Positions 57,263 through 64,000 of a stretch of DNA of 64,000 bases are shown here, in pieces. A program made the position numbers and the translations under genes. The stretch spans positions 32,001 through 96,000 of the forward strand of contig JANNBC010000024.1 in assembly GCA_031385045.1 (NCBI GenBank), given 5' to 3'. Source of the DNA: a bacterium (GTDB lineage: Bacteria; Bdellovibrionota_C; UBA2361; CALJRW01). The notes under the pieces are model-generated. The model was not told the DNA's origin. It did no database searches and saw only the letters and a list, made by a program, of their open reading frames with translations. Within the stretch, counting starts at the first letter, position 1; each line of letters opens with the position of its first letter.

Positions 57263-57640
57263 ATGAAGACAAAAAAAGCATTTACATTGATTGAGTTGTT
57301 GGTAACGATTGCTATTGTAGGAATTATGTCAGCTATTGCTATGGCCGCTTTTGGACAATATCGTGCCCGAGGTAATGATGCTAATGCCAACCAAGATTTA
57401 AGGAGTGCTGCTACTGCTCAAGAAGCCCAGTATGTTGATACTGCCAATTATATTGCCTGTACGGATCGTGATGACTGCATTACGAAGCTAATCGGTGTAA
57501 AAAACTTCAACGAAAAAACAATTATTAGTATGACTGCTGATGCTGGAAACTCCTTTGAAGGCACCTCCTCCTCAACTTTTGGTAGTGGGCGAAGTTTTCA
57601 TTGGAATAATACTTCTGGTCTTGATATTATTGACCCTTAG
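57263..57640 (+). CDS. Type IV pilin-like protein
   Basis: KKA|FTLIELLVTIAIVGIMSAIA, conserved A..DLR.A..AQEA.Y helix, one Cys pair. Confidence 0.87.
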   Translation: MKTKKAFTLIELLVTIAIVGIMSAIAMAAFGQYRARGNDANANQDLRSAATAQEAQYVDTANYIACTDRDDCITKLIGVKNFNEKTIISMTADAGNSFEGTSSSTFGSGRSFHWNNTSGLDIIDP

Positions 57641-57665
57641 GATCAAATTGTTAAAAATCTACTCC

Positions 57666-57921
57666 TAATCAACTGCTTTAGTTTGGCCAAAGTTATAATC
57701 TGTCTGTAGACGCCAAATATTGTCATCTTGCTCGTATTTACTTAACAAACCTAAATTTAAAAGTCAGACATCGCTATTCCCAGTCGTCTTATTGTAGCCA
57801 AAGTTAAATTTACTTTTCCAATGACCCTGATCTAATTCCACTGCCTGATAGGTCGGTGTATCATCGGCTAGTAAAAGCCAGGAGTGATTAGTAAAGCAGC
57901 AAGAAATAAATTTTTGATCAT
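57666..57921 (-). pseudogene. Decayed, truncated DUF481 (YdiY-like) outer-membrane beta-barrel gene
   Basis: MIKNLFLAALLITPGF, a frameshift, then LADDTPTYQAVELDQGHWKSKFNFGYNKTTGNSDV*LLNLGLLSKYEQDDNIWRLQTDYNFGQTKAVD*. Confidence 0.65.
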
Positions 57922-57963
57922 TGGTCTATTTTAAAAAACAATTAGGTAATTTAATATTAAAAG

Positions 57964-59343
57964 ATGTCTACTTTTAGCAAGTCATTATTTATCTTCCGAC
58001 GCGATTTAAGACTTGATGATAACAGTGCTTTAAATCTAGCTTTACAGTATTCTAAAGAAGTCTACCCAGTATTTTTTTTGGACCCTCGGCAGTTATCCAA
58101 TAATGAGTATTATTCAGCTAATGCTGCGCAGTTTATGCGAAATAGTCTTTTGGAATTAGCAAAAGAGTTGGAGGTTAATGGCGGTAAGTTAAATGTTTTT
58201 CAGGGGAAAGTTGAAGAGCACTTGAAGTTAATCCAGCAGGAGCAGAAAATTGAAGCTGTTTTCTTTAATTATGATTACACACCATTTAGCAAGCACAGAG
58301 ATCTTGCGCTAAAAAATATTTGTGAAGAATTACAAATCAAATTTTTCCCTGCCCATGATCTAATGTTAAATGAGCCCGGAAAAGTTTTAAAGGATAATGG
58401 AGAGCCGTATAGTGTTTACACTTATTATCGTAAAAAAGCTGAACAATTACCTGTAAAGCGGCCAGCAACATTATTTGCTAAGAATTTTTCTAATACGTTT
58501 TTAACTGGCGCTAATTTAGATTTACTGGATAAGTTATTGCCAAATGACAACAGTAATCTTATCGCAAATGGCGGCAGAGTTGAGGGAGTTCAGATCTTAT
58601 CAGACTTGCCAAGCCATGAGGCCTATCAACAGGAGCGGGATTTTCCTGCCATCCATTCTTCTACAAAATTATCAGCACATTTAAAGTTTGGGACAGTCTC
58701 CGTGCGTGAAGTATATCGTCGTTTAGTAGCAATCCATCCACAACATTTATTGATCACTCAACTTAATTGGCGTGATTTCTTTACCCAGATTTCCTTTTTC
58801 TATCCAGAAGTTTATGGTAATGCTTTTCAGAAAAAATTCCGACAGGTGGACTGGAGTTATTCCAAAGAAAATTTTGCACGTTGGTGTGATGGTAATACAG
58901 GATTTCCAATTGTTGATGCGGGAATGCGGGAATTAAATAAAACTGGATACATGCATAATCGTGTTCGAATGATCGTCGCATCTTTTTTGACCAAAAATTT
59001 ACAGATTGATTGGCGTTGGGGGGAAAAGTATTTTGCGACTAAGTTAACGGATTATGATCCCGCATTAAATAATGGAAATTGGCAGTGGGCAGCATCTACA
59101 GGTTGTGATGCCCAGCCCTATTTTCGGATTTTTAATGCCTGGACTCAACAGACAAGATTTGATTTGCAAGCTGAATATATCAAGAAATGGGTTCCTGAAT
59201 TAGCACCTCTTGCTCCTAAGCAAATTCATCAGGAAGCTTTTATGGAGACACAAATTTTAGCAAAATACCCTAGGCCAATTGTTAATCATTCCGAAACGCG
59301 CGAGTTAGCATTAGCTATGTTTAAAAAAGCTGCAATTAGCTAA
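57964..59343 (+). CDS. phrB: Deoxyribodipyrimidine photolyase (class I CPD)
   Basis: FRRDLRLDDN, LSAHLKFG, WRDFF, TGFPIVDAGMREL..TGYMHNRVRM, NNGNWQW. Confidence 0.95.
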   Translation: MSTFSKSLFIFRRDLRLDDNSALNLALQYSKEVYPVFFLDPRQLSNNEYYSANAAQFMRNSLLELAKELEVNGGKLNVFQGKVEEHLKLIQQEQKIEAVFFNYDYTPFSKHRDLALKNICEELQIKFFPAHDLMLNEPGKVLKDNGEPYSVYTYYRKKAEQLPVKRPATLFAKNFSNTFLTGANLDLLDKLLPNDNSNLIANGGRVEGVQILSDLPSHEAYQQERDFPAIHSSTKLSAHLKFGTVSVREVYRRLVAIHPQHLLITQLNWRDFFTQISFFYPEVYGNAFQKKFRQVDWSYSKENFARWCDGNTGFPIVDAGMRELNKTGYMHNRVRMIVASFLTKNLQIDWRWGEKYFATKLTDYDPALNNGNWQWAASTGCDAQPYFRIFNAWTQQTRFDLQAEYIKKWVPELAPLAPKQIHQEAFMETQILAKYPRPIVNHSETRELALAMFKKAAIS

Positions 59344-59929
59344 TACAGCATTTGTGGTTACTGTAAAGTTATTAAGAAAATGTTTTCGATTTATTGTAAA
59401 TATTATTTTTCTACTAGGCTAATTTTGATTTAAAAAGTGTTTCTCTAATACTTGGTAATTAATCTAATTTGATAGGATAATAAGCTATTCAAACAGATAT
59501 AAAGTTTTGTTTGAATATTTGCATTGTAGGCAGGAAACAGAGTAATTATTATCTGTTAAAAGCATTAATCCCGAGTTTTATTGTCTGCCGAAAAGCTATT
59601 TTGTATTGCTGAAATTAAGATTGCTTGGAAGGAGACAGTTCCCGTCGATCAGTTGTTGCTGGAATTTTTAGGACGTTAGTAATTTTCTGGTATCGTTGAC
59701 TTGGAAAGATCAAAAAATATTTTAGAAATTGACCTTGATATTGCTCTGTAAATATAATTGTCATCTTCTAGACGTTTTTTTAAACCTGAGTAGATTAGAT
59801 TGTTCAGGTTTAGCTTTTCTCTTCGTCCCTAAATAATGTTTGATGTTCAATAATTAATCGCGAGTCTTTCATAAGACTCATCATCGCTAAATAAAATATT
59901 TTAGCTTAATTAAATTTTAATTTTTCGAT

Positions 59930-61066
59930 TTGAAATTGAAAGTGCCGTTCTTAAAAACAAAATATAAAATTCTCTTCATAACCCTAGCAATTATTTTTGT
60001 ACTTGGTGGGATTAAGTTTTTTCAGATTTATTCATTAATTCAAGCGAGTAAAGGAAGAGGGGCTCCACCTGCTGCTGTTAATACTTTTCTTGTTAAAGCA
60101 GAAAATTGGCCGGTAACATTTCAGGGAGTGGGATCTTTAAGAGCCGTCCAAGGTTCGATTCTGCGAACTCAGGACAGTGGTCGAGTGGCCGCGGTTAATT
60201 TTCAATCTGGCCAAGTTGTCGAGCAAGGACAAGTTTTGGTTGAGCTAGATAGCGAAGTTGAAAAAGCACAGCTCCAAGCAGCGCAAGCTAAATATAAGTT
60301 ATCGGAGTTAACTTCCAAAAGACAAAAAGAACTTCGGGCACAAAATGCTAACTCCCAAGCAGATTTAGATATCGCTGATGCTGATTTGTCATTAGCTCGA
60401 GCAGAGATTGCCCGGCTAGAGGCAGTAATCCAAAGACGACAAATTGTGGCTCCATTTGCCGGTACAGCTGGAGTACGCAAGTTAAATGTTGGAGAATTTG
60501 TAACATCAGGAACAGAAGTAGTTGATGTTAACTCTTCTGATAAGTTCTTACTGGACTTCTATTTGCCTCAAAAAAGTATTGGTGAATATAAAGTTGGAGA
60601 TATTGTGGAAGTTACGCTTCGCAATATTCCCGAGCAGATGTTTGTTGGCAATTTAACAAGCATTAACTCCCAGATCGATCCAGTAAATAGAAACATCTTA
60701 ATGCAGGCGACAGTTAGTAATATTAACGATCAACTAAGACCTGGGATGTTTGTTGATCTAAATTTAATCAAATCAGTTCCGCAAGAAGCACTGTTAATTC
60801 CAGTTACAAGCATTCATTATGCCCCTTATGGCAACACTGTTTACACAATCAATAAAACTACACCAGAGCCACCATTTGAAATTGAAGCTCATGCAGTGAC
60901 TTTAGGTCGTAAACGTGGAGACTTTGTTGAAGTACTTACTGGTCTTAAGTTGGCTCAGGAAATTATTGCCTCAGGAACGTTCAAATTATTTCCAGGTGTA
61001 AAAGTTTTTATCAATAACGATCTGCAACCAACTCTTTCTGAAAAACCACAAGTTGAAAATAACTAA
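59930..61066 (+). CDS. RND efflux periplasmic adaptor (membrane fusion protein)
   Basis: N-terminal TM, G.V..V.F.SGQ.V..GQ.L, IVAPFAG, LRPGMFV, V.LG..RG..VEVL.GL. Confidence 0.93.
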   Translation: MKLKVPFLKTKYKILFITLAIIFVLGGIKFFQIYSLIQASKGRGAPPAAVNTFLVKAENWPVTFQGVGSLRAVQGSILRTQDSGRVAAVNFQSGQVVEQGQVLVELDSEVEKAQLQAAQAKYKLSELTSKRQKELRAQNANSQADLDIADADLSLARAEIARLEAVIQRRQIVAPFAGTAGVRKLNVGEFVTSGTEVVDVNSSDKFLLDFYLPQKSIGEYKVGDIVEVTLRNIPEQMFVGNLTSINSQIDPVNRNILMQATVSNINDQLRPGMFVDLNLIKSVPQEALLIPVTSIHYAPYGNTVYTINKTTPEPPFEIEAHAVTLGRKRGDFVEVLTGLKLAQEIIASGTFKLFPGVKVFINNDLQPTLSEKPQVENN

Positions 61067-61068
61067 AA

Positions 61069-64000
61069 ATGAAAATTAGCGATATCTTTATTCGAAGACC
61101 GGTTCTAGCCATTTGTATCAATCTAATGATTGTTGTTGCTGGCTATCAAGCGGTTCACAATCTTAAAACCCGGCAATATCCCCGCAGCGATTTAGCTGTT
61201 GTTACTGTTACCACTGCATATATTGGTGCAGATGCTGAGTTAGTTAGGGGTTTTATTACTACTCCTCTAGAGAAGGCAATTGCCAGTGCCGATGGGATTG
61301 ACTACTTAAAGTCATCTAGTGCCCAAGGTGTAAGTACAATCAGTGCACATCTAATACTCAATTATAATGTTAATGATGCCTTAACTCAGATCCAATCAAA
61401 GGTGAATCAGGTCCGAAATGATTTACCTACTGAAGCTGAAGTGCCGGAGATTAAGGTAGAGACTACAGACAATCGTTTTGCTTCCATGTATCTGAGTTTT
61501 GCTTCTGATGAATTAAAATCTAATCAAATTACAGATTATTTACTACGCGTGGTTCAACCAAAACTATCTTCGATTGCCGGGGTTCAAAAAGCAGATATTT
61601 TGGGAGCGAGAACATTTGCCGTTAGGATTTGGCTTCAGCCAGAACAGATGGCAGCTTTAAACGTTTCCCCTAGTGATGTGCAGAAAGCATTATTAGCGAA
61701 CAATTATTTAGCGGCTCTGGGCCAGACTAAGGGCTCCTTGGTCACTGTTAATCTTAACGCCAATTCAGATCTCAAAAGTATTGATGAATTTAAAAGATTA
61801 GTTATCAAAAACGATCAAAATGCGGTGGTTCGCCTAGATGATATTTCTGATGTGGAAATGGGCGCTGAAAATTATAACGAAGATGTTCGCTTCGGAGGTA
61901 AGACAGCAACTTTCATGGGTATATGGGTATTACCAACAGCAAACTCGTTGGAAGTTATTAGCCAAGTCCGCAAAGCTTTTCCTGAAATTCAGGGAACACT
62001 ACCAGCATCACTGAAATTAAGTGTGCCTTACGACGCTACGGAATATATTGAGAACTCGATTAATGATGTTGTTAAAACCCTAGCGGAAACAATTCTGATT
62101 GTAATTTTTGTGATCTTTCTATTTATCGGCTCTTTTCGAGCAGTCTTAGTACCTGTAATTGCTATTCCGCTCTCACTGCTTGGGGCAATTGTTATAATGT
62201 ATATCTTAGGATTTACGATCAATCTACTGACGCTTTTAGCGATCGTGTTAGCTGTTGGACTTGTGGTGGATGATGCCATTGTGATGTTGGAGAATGTTGA
62301 GCGACACGTACAGGAAGGCAAGAAACCCTATGATGCGGCGATTATTGCGGCGAGGGAGTTAATTGCTCCGATTATTGCTATGACAATAACTCTGGCTGCC
62401 GTTTATGCTCCGATTGGTATCCAAGGTGGATTAACTGGGACTCTTTTTCGAGAGTTTGCATTTACGTTAGCAGGTGCAGTATTGGTCTCTGGGTTTGTAG
62501 CGATTACATTATCCCCAATGATGTCATCACGATTAGTAACGGCCGATCATCAGCCCAATAAATTTCAAGTGAGAGTTAATGATATCTTTGAGCGAGTTAA
62601 AAATGCTTATCTACGCTTATTAGATGGTTTATTTAAGATTCAAGGAGTTGTAATTGGAACTGCAATATTGATTATGTTTTGTATGGTTCCGCTTTACATG
62701 TTCTCTAGTAAAGAACTAGCTCCGCGTGAGGATCAAGGGATTGTCTTTGGGATTGTACAAGCAGATCCCAATGCTTCCTTAGATCAAACTTCTTTTTACA
62801 CCTCGCGGATTGCCAAAGAGTATGCTGAAACGCCAGAAGCTAAAACTTCTTTTCAATTAACTGGAGCAAATTTTGGTTTTTCTGGAATGGTTTTAAAGCC
62901 TTGGTCAGAACGGACTAGAACTCCCCAACAAATTGTGCCAGAAATCTCAGCGAAAGTTGGAATGTATCCAGCGATTCGAGCGATTATGACAACTCCACCA
63001 CCACTGCCAGGTGGTAGTGATTTTCCAGTTGAATTTGTAATTTCTTCTACCGATACTCCTGAAAAGCTTTATGATTATGGAGTACAATTAGTTCAAGCGG
63101 CTTTTGCCAGTGGGCACTTTATGTTTGCTGATACTGATTTAAAGTTTGATTTGCCAGAGGCTAGAATTAATCTAGATCGAGATCAGATTTCAACTATGGG
63201 TCTAACTCTGCAGTCTGTTACCCAAGAACTGGGATTACTAACAGGGGGTAATTATCTAAATCGTTTTAACTTAGAAGGTCGAAGTTATAAGGTGATTCCT
63301 CAACTCGAACGTCAAGCGCGTTTAAATCCAGAGCAACTAAATTCTGTATATATTACTGGCCCTAATAAAAAGTTGATATCACTTTCAACGATTGCCACTA
63401 TTGAGGATCGAGTTCAAGCGAGGGAACTAAAAAAATTCCAACAGTTAAATTCCGTGACCATCCAAGGTGCTAATCATCCTGGTGCAACTTTGGATCAAGC
63501 CTTAAGCGCGATTGAGGCTAAGGCTAAGGAGATTTTGCCAAGTAATTATCAAGTTGATTACATGGGAGAATCTCGTCAGTTAAGAAGTGAAGGAAATACT
63601 TTTCTAACGACAATGATTTTTTCAATTATTTTCATTTATTTAGTTTTAGCTGCTCAATTTGAAAGTTTTCGTGATCCATTTATTATTTTGTTAGGTTCAG
63701 TGCCATTAGCAATTGCAGGCTCATTAGTTTTTTCCTTCTTAGGTTTTACCTCCATTAATATTTATTCTCAGGTAGGTTTGGTAACACTTGTTGGTCTGGT
63801 TTCCAAGAATGGAATTCTGATTGTAGAGTTTGCAAATACATTAAGAGAAAAGGGCTTAGATAAAATTACTGCTGTTCGGCAAGCTGTAGAAACTCGTTTT
63901 CGTCCAATTATGATGACTTCAATAGCAACTGTGGTTGGTCATACTCCATTAATCTTTGCAACCGGTGCTGGCGCAGGTTCGCGAAATAGCATTGGAATTA
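61069..64000 (+). CDS. RND efflux transporter permease (AcrB family), partial, runs off the window end
   Basis: MKISDIFIRRPVLA, AVGLVVDDAIVMLENVER, KNGILIVEFAN, RFRPIMMT read directly from the sequence; absent from the track because there is no stop codon in the window. Confidence 0.95.
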   Translation, partial: MKISDIFIRRPVLAICINLMIVVAGYQAVHNLKTRQYPRSDLAVVTVTTAYIGADAELVRGFITTPLEKAIASADGIDYLKSSSAQGVSTISAHLILNYNVNDALTQIQSKVNQVRNDLPTEAEVPEIKVETTDNRFASMYLSFASDELKSNQITDYLLRVVQPKLSSIAGVQKADILGARTFAVRIWLQPEQMAALNVSPSDVQKALLANNYLAALGQTKGSLVTVNLNANSDLKSIDEFKRLVIKNDQNAVVRLDDISDVEMGAENYNEDVRFGGKTATFMGIWVLPTANSLEVISQVRKAFPEIQGTLPASLKLSVPYDATEYIENSINDVVKTLAETILIVIFVIFLFIGSFRAVLVPVIAIPLSLLGAIVIMYILGFTINLLTLLAIVLAVGLVVDDAIVMLENVERHVQEGKKPYDAAIIAARELIAPIIAMTITLAAVYAPIGIQGGLTGTLFREFAFTLAGAVLVSGFVAITLSPMMSSRLVTADHQPNKFQVRVNDIFERVKNAYLRLLDGLFKIQGVVIGTAILIMFCMVPLYMFSSKELAPREDQGIVFGIVQADPNASLDQTSFYTSRIAKEYAETPEAKTSFQLTGANFGFSGMVLKPWSERTRTPQQIVPEISAKVGMYPAIRAIMTTPPPLPGGSDFPVEFVISSTDTPEKLYDYGVQLVQAAFASGHFMFADTDLKFDLPEARINLDRDQISTMGLTLQSVTQELGLLTGGNYLNRFNLEGRSYKVIPQLERQARLNPEQLNSVYITGPNKKLISLSTIATIEDRVQARELKKFQQLNSVTIQGANHPGATLDQALSAIEAKAKEILPSNYQVDYMGESRQLRSEGNTFLTTMIFSIIFIYLVLAAQFESFRDPFIILLGSVPLAIAGSLVFSFLGFTSINIYSQVGLVTLVGLVSKNGILIVEFANTLREKGLDKITAVRQAVETRFRPIMMTSIATVVGHTPLIFATGAGAGSRNSIGI

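Noticed and set aside
57764..57766. TGA recoding (alternative genetic code) in the DUF481-like fragment
   Set aside because: The same fragment also has a frameshift and TAG stops, and TGA terminates several intact genes in this window
682..62321. Short ORFs in the track that overlap long genes (e.g. 682-876, 1751-1945, 2395-2811, 7036-7245, 13547-13789, 39544-39873, 40300-40647, 60202-60480, 62028-62321)
   Set aside because: Antisense or out-of-frame shadows of well-supported genes, with no recognisable motifs

Overview
AT-rich bacterial chromosomal segment made mostly of housekeeping genes: nadE, fadJ-like, lexA-recA, tRNA-Arg(CCT), selO, alr, argA, ihfB, asd-truA, sppA-hemJ, ilvB-ilvN-ilvD, hemC, dus, phrB, and an RND pump that runs off the right edge. 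These are interspersed with orphan secreted or membrane proteins and two pilin-like genes. The lineage cannot be fixed from this window; the gene content is compatible with a diderm, deltaproteobacteria/Bdellovibrionota-like organism. I found no transposase, integrase, prophage or CRISPR array. The most interesting signals are regulatory or non-coding: (1) a SAM-I-family riboswitch with an atypical, kink-turn-less P2 upstream of a very divergent MetX-like enzyme; (2) a lexA-recA-RuvC-like-secreted EEP nuclease operon with a candidate new SOS box (TAGGA-N3-TYYTA) flanking its promoter; (3) a Cys/His-rich leader ORF ending in NAPP ahead of a metal-handling operon, a possible metal-sensing ribosome-arrest peptide; (4) an unassigned ~190-nt multibranched RNA-like structure; (5) a twice-present three-hairpin element with a compensatory base change; (6) a shared sigma28/WhiG-like promoter on pilin, secreted-protein and kinase genes; (7) tandem secreted paralogs with a shared C-terminal Cys/helical domain; (8) a DUF481 pseudogene missed by the ORF track. 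All family calls come from motif recognition by eye, not from database searches.
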